Of a DNA stretch of 64,000 bases, positions 35,496 through 50,714 are shown piece after piece. The notes beneath the pieces were generated by a model. The model saw only the letters and a list, made by a program, of their open reading frames with translations. It did not search any database and was not told where the DNA came from. This DNA comes from Eledone cirrhosa (lineage: Eukaryota), in assembly GCA_964016885.1 (NCBI GenBank), contig OZ024743.1, forward strand, positions 352,222,001-352,286,000, read 5' to 3'. The stretch's first letter is position 1; every line of letters begins with the position of its first letter. The position numbers were made by a program, and so were the translations under genes.

Positions 35496-37976
35496 TATAA
35501 GGTATGTATATACGTTCAACAATCTGGCAGGAAGTTATACGTTGCTGACGATAGCTAACAAGCTTGAAACTAGTACAGCGTTCCTTTGTCAGTGTTGAAC
35601 AAACGAGCAACGGTGGTTGCTAGACACTACGGCTTAATACAGGATGTTTGTTTACAAACACACCGAGCGTTATAATAAATGTGCGGTGACTCCATACGTG
35701 CATATAAATATATGTGCATGTATGTATATATATATATACATACTACTGTACGTCTGTATACATATATGTATGTACGTGTACATACTTATATTTAAGTAAA
35801 AGCCGTACTAAGAATGGGAAATGAAATTTCGTTTCATTTTTTCCGTTTATCGTTTTCCCACACTTAGTACGGCTTTTACTTAAATATAAGTATGTACACG
35901 TACATACATATATGTATACAGAGGTACAGTAGTATGTATATATATATATACATACATGCACACATATATATATGTACGTGTGGATTCACCGAACATTTAT
36001 TATAATGCTCAGCGTGTTTGTAAACAAAGATCACGTATTAAGCCGTAGTGTCTAGTAACCATCGTTGCTCGTTTGTTCAACACTGACAAAGTAACGCTGT
36101 ACTAGTTTCAAGCTTATTAGCTAACGTCAGCAACGTATACCCACCTGCCAGATTGTTGAACGTATATACTTACCTTATGCATATTAACGGCTGAGTAGCC
36201 CAATTTGCATATCGAGTGGGTTAATCGGCCGGGTGCACTGAAAACGATAAACGGAAAAGATGAAACGAAATTTCATTTCCCACTCTTAGTACGGCTGTTA
36301 CTTAAATATAAGTATGTACAGGTACATACATATATGTATACAGACGTACAGTAGTATGTATATATATATACATACATGCACACATATATATATGCACGTA
36401 TGGATTTACCGAACATTTATTATAATGCTCGGTGTGTTTGTAAACAAACATCCCGTATTAAGCCGTAGTGTCTAGCAACCACCGTTGCTCGTTTGTTCAA
36501 CACTGACAAAGGAACGCTGTACTAGTTTCAAGCTTGTTAGCTATCGTCAGCAACGTATACCTTCCTACCAGATTGTTGAACGTATATATTACCGTATGCC
36601 TATTAACGGGTGAGTAGCCCAATTTGCATATCGAGTGGGTTAATCGGCCGGGTGCAACGAAAACGATAAACGGAAAAAATGAAACGATATTTCATTTCCC
36701 ACTCTTAGTACGGCTGTTACTTAAATATAAGAACGTACACGTACATACATATATGTATACAGACGTACAGTAGTATGTATATATATATACATACATGCAC
36801 ATATATATATATTCACGTATAGATTCACCGAACATTTATCATAATGCTCGGTGTGTTTGTAAACAAACATCCCGTATTAAGCCGTAGTGTTTAGCAACCA
36901 CCGATGCTCGTTTGTTAAACACTGACAAAGGAACGCTGTACTAGTTTCAAGCTTGTTAGCTATCGTCAGCAACGTATACCTTCCTGCCAGATTGTTGAAC
37001 GTATATATTTACCTTATGTATATTAACGGCTGAGTAGGCCAATTTGCATATCGAGTGGGTTAATCGGGCGGGTGCACCGAAAACAATAAGCGGAAAAAAT
37101 GAAACGATATTTCATTTCCCACTCTTAGTACGGCTGTTACTTAAATATAAGTACGTAAACGTACATACATATATGTATACAGACGTACAGTAGTATGTAT
37201 GTATATATACATACATGCACACATATATATATGCACGTATGGATTCACCGAACATTTATTATAATGCTGGGTGTGTTTGTAAACAAACATCCCGTGTTAA
37301 GCCGTAGTGTCTAGCAACCACCGTTGCTCGTTTGTTCAACACTGACAAAGGAACGCTGTACTAGTTTCAAGCTTGTTAGCTATCGTCAGCAACGTATACC
37401 TTCCTGCCAGATTGTTGAACGTATATACTTACCTTATGCATATTAACGGCTGAGTAGCCCCATTTGCATATCGAGTGGGTTAATCGGCCGGGTGCAGCGA
37501 AAACGATAAACGGAAAAAATGAAACGATATTTCATTTCCTGCTCTTAGTACGGCTGTTACTTAAATATAAGTATGTACACGTACATACATATATGTATAC
37601 AGACGTACAGTAGTATGTATATATATATACATACATGCACATATATATATATGCACGTATGGATTAACCGAACATTTATCATAATGCTCGGTGTGTTTGT
37701 AAACAAACATCCCGTATTAAGCCGTAGTGTCTAGCAACCACCGTTGCTCGTTTGTTCAACACTGACAAAGGAACGCTGTACTAGTTTCAAGCTTGTTAGC
37801 TATCGTCAGCAACGTATACCTTCCTGCCAGATTGTTGAACGTATATACATACCTTATGTATATTAACGGCTGAGTAGGCCAATTTGCATATCGAGTGGGT
37901 TAATCAGGCGGGTGCACTGAAAACGATAAACGGAAAAAATGAAACGATATTTCATTTCCCACTCTTAGTACGGCTG
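35496..37976 (-). repeat. 420-bp HHR-bearing tandem array, copy 2 (5 monomers + inverted partial)
   Basis: One extra monomer (~36277-36695) relative to copy 1. Confidence 0.93.
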
Positions 37977-40900
37977 CTACTCTATCTGTTCCGTCTCTAT
38001 ATATATCTCTTACTCTTTCGCTTTGCACTCCTCCCCTTCAATACCACCTCTCCCCCTCTCTATATATTTGTTACTCTATCGCTGCACGCTCCTCTCCTTC
38101 AATATATCAATTACACACGCTTTACACTCCTTTATCCCCAGCGCCCCTATATATACACCCCCCCTCTCCCGCATCTATATTTTAATGTAGCGTTGCACCG
38201 TGAATATATGTGTCTATATATATATACATATATATTGTATATACACATTCATGTATGTGTATACACACTCATGTATGTATATACACTGGTTTTATGTGTG
38301 TATTGTAAATTTGTACTGTTAAAACACGAAACTAACATTCGATTGACACTTTGATTACCTGTACAGGCAATAGTTATTAGAATGCTGTTGAAGTGTGTAT
38401 ATATTTTAGGGGGACATCCTGTATATACACACATTATATATAATACAATAAACAGATAAATACACACATATATATATGAGCTTATTTAATTATAAATATT
38501 GTGAATTTTTAACTCAGTTCAATTATATATATAAATGGCTTCTACAGGACTAGAACTGTTTCATTCGAAAGAAATCATCATAATATTGAGAGGGGGGACT
38601 AGATAAAATATTTCAAATCAAATGTGTATAAGTTATAAGTTAAAATGTATAAATAGAGACGATAGTGGAGGTATATCTGTTTAGTGGAACAGTAGACGAT
38701 AGAATTAAATACAGACGAGAATCTCCCTTTAATGAAATAGCAGACGATAGAATTAAGGCAATTTAAATTTTAAGCATTTGCATTTTTGCCTTTCATCGTT
38801 ACGGGGTCGATAAAATAAAGTACCAGTAATACACTGTCACTAGACGACTTTCAAATTGAATTGTTGGTTCCATTTCTTTAGTATTTTCAATTGTAGTTAT
38901 CTACTTAAAAAGCGTTACACGGTTAGAGACATAATTCGTAAGTTATATCTTCCCTATTAAACCATTGCATTATTTCGCCTACAATAGAACAAAAATGAAA
39001 TGTTCTTTAAAGAAACAGGAATATAACTTTATAAAAAAAAAAGTTGCATCCGCTTCTTTTATCATTGATAATTTTTTCGTTTTAATATTAATTGTTTTTT
39101 GTAGTTGTTTATATTAAAAATCTTACTGTAATATTTACTTAAACGAAGGCAAACATCTAAACTTATAGATTAATCTTCTGCGAAGGACTAGATAAATCTC
39201 TCTCTCTCTCCCTCTCTCCCTCTCTCTCTCTATATATATATATATAAACGAAGAATGATAAAATTTCAAGCAAAGAGTTTAATTAGGTATATTTTGTAAT
39301 ATTATTAACTAATTATTATAATTAACGCGCATATTTTGCTATCCTCAAACACGTTTACACATGGCATGAAATATAACTAATCCGAGATGGCTAGGTTTCA
39401 TCTTCTAACTGGATATACGAAATCCATTATGTCTTGACAACAACATGAGGTAACATTATGTTATTCACAGACACACTTTGTACACTGTTCCATATCAGAA
39501 TGTATTTCCTTCGTCACATTCACAAACAGTATTGAAAATATGTTCTTCGGCAAATAAAAATGTTTTGTTCATAATATTTCAACTAGCGATTGCTCTACTC
39601 CACGCACGACCACCATAAATTAATGACCAGCTCAACACAAGTATTGGTAGAGCGTCAGACACCATGCTTTGCAGTATTGTTATGGTCCTTTGCATTCTAA
39701 GTTCAAATCCTGCCGAGGTTAACTTCGACTTTCATACTTACTAATTCGATAAAATAAAGTACCAGTAATGGACTGCCGTAATGGATTTGTGCCGAAAAAT
39801 AGAAACACTATTAATGTGCAATAAAAGCAAAATATAACGACATTGCTCAATTATTTTATCTAATGTTGTAATAACACAAGGAAATGTTGTTTGTGTATTT
39901 TTTTTTATATTTGCTCATAGGCTTTTACAATTTCGCTCAGCCAACAACTATTAAAAAGTGAGTTGCTTAAGATAACAATTTAATCACAAATTGTTGCTAT
40001 CTTTTAATACACTCCAACAAGTCATCAAATTATGTACAATAAAAACAAATCTTATTAATTTGCTCAGGGAATATAAAGAAAATGTATATACACTGATAAT
40101 TGCAATTGTATGTAAATATTTTGTTTATGTATTGTATATTTTATGTTTTCTATTATGTATAATATATTGATTTAATATTGATTGTTTTTTGTAGTTGTTT
40201 ATATTAAAAGTCTGAAAATATTTTTATACATCTTACACTAATATTTATAAGATAATTTATAATAACAATTACATAATCTAATTACATTACAACGATAATT
40301 TATTATTAATATATATCCTGTTTAACTAGAGTTATTACAAGCGTTGCCTTAAAAAAATATTAAACTAGACATGAAAAATGCGCAAGCTCAAAAGTGCCAC
40401 AGAATGTTATAATAAACCTTCAAAAGTGTGGGACTAGAGTTGTTGCTAAAAAATATTGTAATCATTATATATCGTACATTCTGTGGCATCCTTTATAAAA
40501 ATAGCTTAAACCAACGAAGCCTTTATTTTTACGCTATTTCACTTAGTTAATTCTTAGAGTGTAACATATAAAAATAAATACATCTATGTTTAATGTAATA
40601 ACAGCTATAAATAATTACGTAATATTATTATCATATACTCATAGTAACAAAATAATTGTGTTGAAACTTAATATGATGCTTATATGAACGATCAAATCTA
40701 TAATGATAATTTCTTAAATATACTAATAGTAAAATAATTTAGTTATCTATTGTTACATTTTCATAGAACTATAATATTAACAATCGTATTGCATTATCAA
40801 ATTTTTATCACTACAAACTTTCATATTGGAATTACCTTAAGCCACTTATTATTACTTCGCTTTCGTACTTTTACAGCTGTAGATATTGCGCTGTATCTTA

Positions 40901-41488
40901 TATCTAATATCAATATCTCGTGGTAATTTGCATGAAGTGTAAAATAGGTTTATTAATAACTTTAATATGAAATGTATTATACAGGGCTGCGGAGTCGGCC
41001 AAAAATTGACTGGCTCCAACTCAGGATCCGATACTCCATTATTTCCTAAATTTCAGCTCCGCAGCTCTGTTATTATATTAATTAATTTATTTTATAGTTG
41101 TAAATCATATTTTTATATGTTACACTCTAAGAATTAACTAAGTGAAATAGCGTAAAAATAAAGGCTTCGTTGGTTTAAGCTATTTTTATAAAGGATGCCA
41201 CAGAATGTACGATATATAATGATTACAATATTTTTTAGCAACAACTCTAGTCCCACACTTTTGAAGGTTTATTATAACATTCTGTGGCACTTTTGAGCTT
41301 GCGCATTTTTCATGTCTAGTATATATATGTGTGTATATATTGACAGAACTATAGGGACATATTAATTTGTCCATTTTTTCTTTCAGACACATACACATAC
41401 ACAGACACACATTGGACACAACCATCCACAACCATCTGATGGTTGTGTATGGTTGTGTTTAGAAACATTTTGATGACACCCCCATTAG

Positions 41489-41536
<48 letters not shown>

Positions 41537-43144
41537 ATATCTCCCCCCCCCCCCCTCTCTTGCTGCCATACCAATTCATCGCATCAATAGAAGTTTAGTA
41601 AATACATTTTTAATAATACTTTTGCAAGCAAACACGTATACACATCATACCTTTATAATCAAAAATATATAATAATTATTTAAAATAACATAACAGGGGT
41701 CGACGTCCTGTTCAATAGGCCGTCCTCGTCAGAGTATTTCTCATTTAAAAAAGTATAATTTAATATGTAACTATCAAGCAATGACCATGCTGTGAATTAT
41801 GTTTCAGAGCCATTCAATTGTCATATTTACAGGTGAGACAGGTTTTCTTTGTCACACACACACGCATATATATACACACACACCTTACCACCCGGCCCAC
41901 ACCCCACCTCTTCACCATAGACATTAAATCCCTCTAAACAGTCATTCCCTACGCCGACAGCCTACGCGCCCTCCGGCACTACCTCGACCTTCGTCCCTCC
42001 CCCGTCCCCTCGACCCCACCTCCTCTGCCTCGTCTTCCTGTCTTCCTCCAGTTGCAACGTTTTTCGAAATATTTACTCCTGCGTTCACAGATTGATTTTT
42101 TTAGTTTCAGATCCCGTTATGGGTGAAAGCAGCGATTCTTTGCTTAAACTTTAATCTGTTATTTTAATAAATATTTGCTCTACGGTACTTATATATTTGA
42201 TATATATTTATCCTTATCGAGCCCTCTTTGGATTTTAGTCTTCAAATTTATTATTATTACTATATATATAATATTTCCAAATTGAAGGATGAGTATTTAA
42301 AACTTTATTTTATCATGAGTTAAGGCTCTATTGATTTTTCCCTGGATTTCACTAAATTCTGTTGGATGAATCTATATCCTGATTCTTTTTGAATTGAGTT
42401 TGAATTATTTTTCCCGCATCTTACGTTAACTATTTTCCCATTTTGACGCTATAGTCACTTATATATTATGAAATACTGTGTGCTCCTTGCTCATAATAAT
42501 TTCTATACTTTTCATTTATATTTATACTCGGATTTCTTTCCTAGAGTGCTTAAATTATTTGTGACTAATCCTGATCTTTTTTTAAAAAAACCGCGATAAT
42601 ATTGCTTTTTCTGAACTCCTTATTGTAGAGTTTTTTTCGGAATGTTTGTGACTGTTATTTCATGTAAACAAACATATGTCTCATTCTGACGTCACCAGCC
42701 CTGTCTCCACATGTGCGTTTTATTTTCATAATTACGCATGATGTTGAACTAGCCTGCTTTTAAATTCCCTTTCTGGCATATTATAATCAGTGAGATTTTG
42801 GTTATCGTGTTGAGCTCTGCTGATGATCTAATCCAACCGTGACCATCGCCACTGAAAGTTTCGTGAAATAGTTTTTTCAAGACTATACAGAGCATTTGTA
42901 GTTTTTCCAAATTGAAGGATGAATATTTTAAACTTTATTTTATCATGAGTTAAGGCTCTATTGATTTTTTCCCTGGATTTCACTAAATTCTGTTAGATGA
43001 ATCTATATCCTGATTCTTTTTGAATTGAGTTTGAATTATTTTTCCCACATCTTACGTTAACTATTTTCCCATTTTGACGCTATAGTCACTTATATATTAT
43101 GAAATACTGTGTGCTTCTTGTTCATAATAATTTCTATACTTTTC

Positions 43145-43227
<83 letters not shown>

Positions 43228-45396
43228 TTATATCGTGATGACTGTCTTCTTCTTTCCACTAATCTTAGCCTATCAGCAATTTAAAAAAATAAAAAACTTA
43301 TTAGAACTTTCCTCAAAGACTATTACAATCTCACTATTACATTTGAAAACACCAGTAAAATAGTCAATTTCCTAGATATAACTTTAGACTTGTCTACGGG
43401 AATCTACCAACCTTACCATAAACCTGACCAAAATTTACATTACATACACTCACAATCCAGTCACCCTAGATCTATCCTTAAAAACCTAGCATATAATATC
43501 TCACTCAGAATCTTTAACCTTTCATCTTAAACAAATTAGTCTATATACCTTGCACCAATAATACTTCAAACATACAACCCAATATTACCAACAAACACCA
43601 AATGAAAAACCCACACCTAAATGCTACTCATACTACACCCAAAAATACCAACCTAAAACTTAATTTCTCTACCTCTTCTCACATAAAATATAATGACTTT
43701 CAAAAAACCATTCATCCTAATAATACTCCAATATATGTTAACAACATTACTAACAAAATTCCTAATAATCAGACTAAAACACCTAAATCAGTCAATCTAA
43801 CTAAACCTATATATAATAAATTCACTAATAGTAACTCTCTTAGTAAACATCCTGATACATCGTATAAATATTTTTAAAAAATATCGAAACCGTAATAGAC
43901 GGGTTACTTGGTATAATGCTCCATTTAATCTACGAATTAAAGATAATATCCTTAAAAAGTTTTTTACTATCCTAGAGAAAAACTTCCCGCCAAACCATAA
44001 ATACCATCAAATTTTAAATAGATCAACTGCCAAATTTTCATACTCCACTACCAAAAATATACAACAAAATATAAGTGCGTACAACACATATAAATGTTAA
44101 AAAAAATCAAATATACCACCAACACATCAAACCAACCATAATACTAAAATAAACCGCAACAAACCACCATCTCCTTCACCTGTAACAAGTCGAGTAACTC
44201 CCCTGATATAATATTCACGAGTGGTTGTAACTGTAGAATCAAAAGAAATTGCCCATTAAAAGGAAATTGTCTTATTAATAACATAGTCTATAAATGTAAA
44301 ATTAGCACTAAGGACTCCACTTATTCATATATAGGAGCTATGTCTAACCAATTTAAAGTAACATAGTTTTAAAAATGCTGCATTAGCTAATACAACATCC
44401 TTGGCTGAAACAATTAATAATTATAGAAAGAAGAATATCGATTACAACCTGACCTGGAGTGTGCTCAAAAGGGCCGCCCCTTATCAAAATAACAGATACG
44501 AGTGTAGACTATGCTCCCAGGAACTTTTTGAAATCATGAACTCTAAGGATATCCTATTAAATAAGCGACAGGAATTAATTATATCTTGTAATCATAGAAT
44601 TAGAAGAACCTTCAAATATTATAAACCTAATTAATATACACCTTACACTTATATTTTAAATATTATTATAATTAGTTTTTTAATTTAGTTAACCTATAAT
44701 TAGTACTTTACTACAGAGAACTTCATAATTTTATTTCCCTCTTACAGCTCTCTTTTCCGAAAAATTATTACCTAAAAGTATACCTATAAATTAATTTAAT
44801 TTGCTGTTATGAATCTAGATTCCTTGTAGTTTATATAAGATTGGTATTTCTCACTACTACCCCTATCCCTATAACATCAAATTTTCGTGTACCTTTCACT
44901 GGCTTGATCTCTTTTCATCCCCAAAGTATTCTTTTCATTCAAAGTATTCTTTTCATTCAAAACATAAGTCTGCACTCCTCTACCCCTAAATTAAATTTCT
45001 ACTACTACTATTCTATCAACTTGACCTCTAACTACTTTTCTATTGGTCAATTCAAAACCTGTTCCCAAGCAGACCTTTTATATTAAATCTTTGTTGGTTT
45101 TTGTTTCAATAAACAAATTTCATCATTTCTGAAGACAGCATATATATGTGAAGGTATGTATATTTCCTCTGATAGTTTGTAATATTTTTACATAGATCTA
45201 TATGATATACATACCAACACACATATACATCCTAGAAACGATCGTAAAATGATGAATTTTTTAATATAAGGAACTTGTTCTTTGTTTTTATTTCATTGCT
45301 TTTATTAATTTATATATATATATATAGTTATGTAATATCCACACATGCACACACGCACATATACATACACATACACATATACACACACATACACAT

Positions 45397-45481
<85 letters not shown>

Positions 45482-45537
45482 CATACATACACACATACAT
45501 ACACGTACAAATACACATACACACAAATACACAAACG

Positions 45538-45595
<58 letters not shown>

Positions 45596-47281
45596 TGTAA
45601 TAAACAACATAAGGCAATTATTTCATTTACCAGTGGTTTCTTGAAAGCAAACAAATTTTGCTTTCAATTATCAGAATGAAAAAATCCTGGTGTATTTATT
45701 GACATTAGATTTTAAAAACAAATATATAATCTATATGAAAGTGAGGCTGGAAAAGGAAGAAGGAAAGGAAAAATAAACACACATGCACACACACACGCAA
45801 TTACATACACACACATATATACATACACATATATATACATATATATATATATATGCATACATACACATATACATACACGTACAAATACACATACATATAC
45901 ATATACATACATACACACACACATATATATCAACATATCTATACATAGATACACACAAATACACAAGCACAGACACATGTATATATTTCTCTCTAAGGCG
46001 GGTAAAATTCCCGAGATCCATGGACGAGTTCTCTTCAGCGGTCTCTGTCCATCATTATCGCTGCCATGTCCTGCGTCTCCAACAGACCAGTGTCTGTCCT
46101 TAGGGCATCAACATACGTTAACCTTGGTCTTCCTCTTCTAGTGTGTCCATGTAGGGGCATATATATATATATATGTGTAGAAGTTATATTTAACTTGTTG
46201 GGATACAACAAGCAACAAATTATTGGAGTAAAAATACAATATATTAACAAATAGAAACTATATTTATAAAACCATATTTATTTCATTATACATATTTCAG
46301 GGATATCATATTAACAATATGTTATGCCTTCCTCAGACAAAATACAATATAGACAGTTTTATAGATAAATAGATTTGACATACCGTTCAACATCGACTTG
46401 TATTTGAAAAAGTTGATTTAGCAGATCAACTTTTTCAAATACAAGTCGATGTTGAACGGTATGTCAAATCTATTTATCTATAAAACTGTCTATATTGTAT
46501 TTTGTCTGAGGAAGGCATAACATATTGTTAATATGATATCCCTAAAATATGTATAATGAAATAAATATGGTTTTATAAATATAGTTTCCATTTATTTAAT
46601 ATCGTAAATATACTCCAAATACTTGTTGAGTGCTTTTATATCAGTTATAAATATTTACTAGTTGTAACCCAACAATTTAAATATAACTTTCCATATATAT
46701 ATATATATATATATATGTAGATAAATCTACCAAGAGTTTACGGTAGTGTCCAATCCGTATGAAGAACTCAATGTAATCCGGATATCATGGAAAGAAGAGA
46801 TGCAATGAAAAATCACTTTCGGTGAAAGATAAACGGAATACAGAGTCAAGATAAAATATTAAAAAAATAATGAATAAAACAATGAAACAGTTCCTTATAT
46901 TAAACAAAAAAAGTTCATTATTTAACGATCGTTTCTGGGATATATATGTGTTAGAATTGGCATGTATATTTAACAGATCTATGTACAAAATTATACAAAA
47001 TTATACAAACTATCAAAATTAAATATACATACCAACTCATATATATGCCGTCTTCAGAAATAAAATTATAATAATGATTATTTCTGAAGACGGCATATAT
47101 ATGAGTTGGTATGTATATTTAATTTTGATAGTTTGTATAATTTTGTATAATTTTGTACATAGATCTGTTAAATATACATGCCAATTCTAACACATATATA
47201 TCCCAGAAACGATCGTTAAATAATGAACTTTTTTTGTTTAATATAAGGAACTGTTTCATTGTTTTATTCATTATTTTTTTA

Positions 47282-47371
<90 letters not shown>

Positions 47372-47887
47372 ATTGTATCTACTTTAGGCACAAGGCCAGC
47401 AATTAACCAGTGCATTACAGGTACTTTATTTTATCGACCCCGTAAGGATGAAAGGCAAAGTCAACCTCGGAGGGATTTGAACTCAGATCGTAAAGGGACG
47501 TAACTATGCTGCCAATCCACCGCCCTATATATACATACACATAATCATACATATATACACACGTACATACACACATATACATACACACATATATACACGC
47601 ATACATATGCATACACAAATATAGATATATGTACACACACCTACATACGCACACACACAATTAATTATAAGAAAAAATATGATAATAAAAATATCGTCAC
47701 ATAAGAATAAAAATAAATGTAAAAATTATTATAAAGTTGACAGCGATACAGGCAACAAATAAATGAACAAACACACGTGGTAAGCAATACACACAATTGC
47801 ACATACACATACATACATAAAAATAAATACATACACACACACAAACATACATATGCATATATACATACATACACATATACATACACG

Positions 47888-47922
<35 letters not shown>

Positions 47923-48023
47923 GCACATACATATACACACACACATACATATAAATACATACACACACATGTATGTGTTTAAAACTCATTCTTAGATGTA
48001 TTCATTGAATCTTGTTTAACTCT

Positions 48024-48117
<94 letters not shown>

Positions 48118-48182
48118 TAAACAAATAATGAATAAACAATTCCTTATATTAAACAAAAAAAGTTCATTATGATGAATATATA

Positions 48183-48258
<76 letters not shown>

Positions 48259-49596
48259 ATATATACATATAAATGTATATATATATACATATACACACAC
48301 ACATATATATATAAGAAAATACATAAATATTATCTAATATATATTTGTGAAATGGGCGGTGGCTGAAATTCAAATGTGCACGGTTAAATGGTAGTAGACG
48401 TGGTCGGACGGACGTGAAAATTTACACACCTATATAAAAAGTACCAAGGAAGCAAATAGACGAGGTGTCAAATCTCTAACTTGAAAAATGTGGTCCCTGG
48501 GGCCCCAAAACTATCGCGTTCGGTGAGTTATTTCCCCCTGTTCTAATACTTTTGTCTAAAAAAACATATCAAAGACAACGTTATTTCGCTGTTAATAAAC
48601 TTTTGGCTACTACAGTACGTTTCATTTTCATTTTTAAAATATAATTGCTCTATATTAAATTTAAATAATTCTATAACGATCATACAGTACTGTTTTATAA
48701 AATCGATTCTGCAGTAGAATTTTACGAAATGCCAAATCGAAAAAGTAACTGTTTTCTAACAAAAGAAATAAAACCCTTACATTGCTAACCCCCTGTTCTA
48801 ATACTGGGGTTAGTTATTTCCCCCTCTTCTAATAAATATCTAATGCTGACCAGGGCAATCAAAGTGTAAACTATCATACAGTACCGTTTTATGAAATCAA
48901 TTCTGCAGTACCATTTTACGAAATGCCAAACCGAAAACAGTCACTGTTTTCCATCAAAAGAAATAAAACCCTTAAATTGCGAAGAAGGGAGTCATGTTCT
49001 CAAGTACGTTTTTTCAGATATCATTTTCATTTTATTTCTAATATATGTTAACCACAACTAACAGTAACTAGTATTTTTCAATTCATTGTCTTATTTAAAA
49101 TAACATATCAAAGACCACGTTATTTCGCTGTTAATAAACTTTTGGCTACTACAAGCTTCCATGGTTACGGAGAAAATCGATGAAACAGGAATTTCCCATT
49201 CAAATTGAACTGAGAGTAATCTGTGAACGCAGAAGTAAATATTTCGAGAAACGTTGCAACCAAACGAAAACAGGAAGACGATATTTTGGTTCGTGAAGAC
49301 GTTCCCTGGCAAGGAACGGGAAAAAAGCGAGGATAATACATCGTTATGTGGAGCGTGAAGAACAATTTCATACAAAGACAAGTTTATGGTATAAATGGAG
49401 TCGTTAGGCTAATATTCTATTTAAAATAACAGAATGGTTTCCAGCCCCGGATTTTAAGAATGATGTAAATAAAATTGAAAACGAAAATGACAGAGGTTAT
49501 TAAAATAGTAAAAGTAAATAGTGAAGATTTAGGCCAGTACATACGTATGCCCCGACGAATATACACATACATACGCACACACAAATACACACACAC

Positions 49597-49627
<31 letters not shown>

Positions 49628-50570
49628 CACGAACGCACGCGCGTATGTATAAACCTTATACATTTCTACAGTATTTTCACCAAACTTAAGACATAGGTTA
49701 CTTATGTACTCCGGATGGTCATGGGCACTGTCATTTTTCCAGATATTGATTATAGCCCCCCCCCCCCCCCCCTCCCCGACAGATAACCCCTTTAACCACT
49801 TTAACCACTTCCTTGGAGTCGACTGAAGCACTGCAGTGCAATGCAACAAAACGTCATAACTTCTGGAGTTCGCAACCGATTTTCACAAAACTTGACACAT
49901 GGGCTACGTTTGTCTTACAGATGAATGTGAACTCTCAGAATTAGCACATATTGGGTAGGGGAACCCTGGGGGCAGGAAGCCCCTTTTGGAAAAAGCGGAT
50001 GATTTTGTAAAAGTATAGTTTTCGAAGCAGCACTGTAGTATTGACATAAATGGTATACACAACTGCTATTTAATATCCGAGCAACGCCGGGTACCTCTGC
50101 TAGTATATATATAAAAATAAAAAGGTAAAAGGGGTAAACAAATAGTTGGGAATACGACAAATAATAAATAGATAAATAATTAGAAAAGGGTATAAATGTT
50201 TATAGCTGATTTAGAGCATTCAACAAGTTCCTGGAGCAAATGATCAATGAAAATAAGCAGTAAATCATTGTATGTAATTATGCATATACATACACATACA
50301 CATATACATATATATATACACACACACACAACCATACAAATACACATATATATACATACATATACATATACATATATATATATATATATATAGGAAAAAG
50401 TATGACCCCGACGGCAGAGCTCAAGCCGTTTCTGAGGCTATTATATATATATACACACATAAACAATTATATGAAAATACACATATACACACACCCACCA
50501 CATATCTACAAAAATTATATATATATATACGTATATATATATATATATACGTATATATATATATATATAC

Positions 50571-50671
<101 letters not shown>

Positions 50672-50678
50672 CGTATAC

Positions 50679-50713
<35 letters not shown>

Positions 50714-50714
50714 T

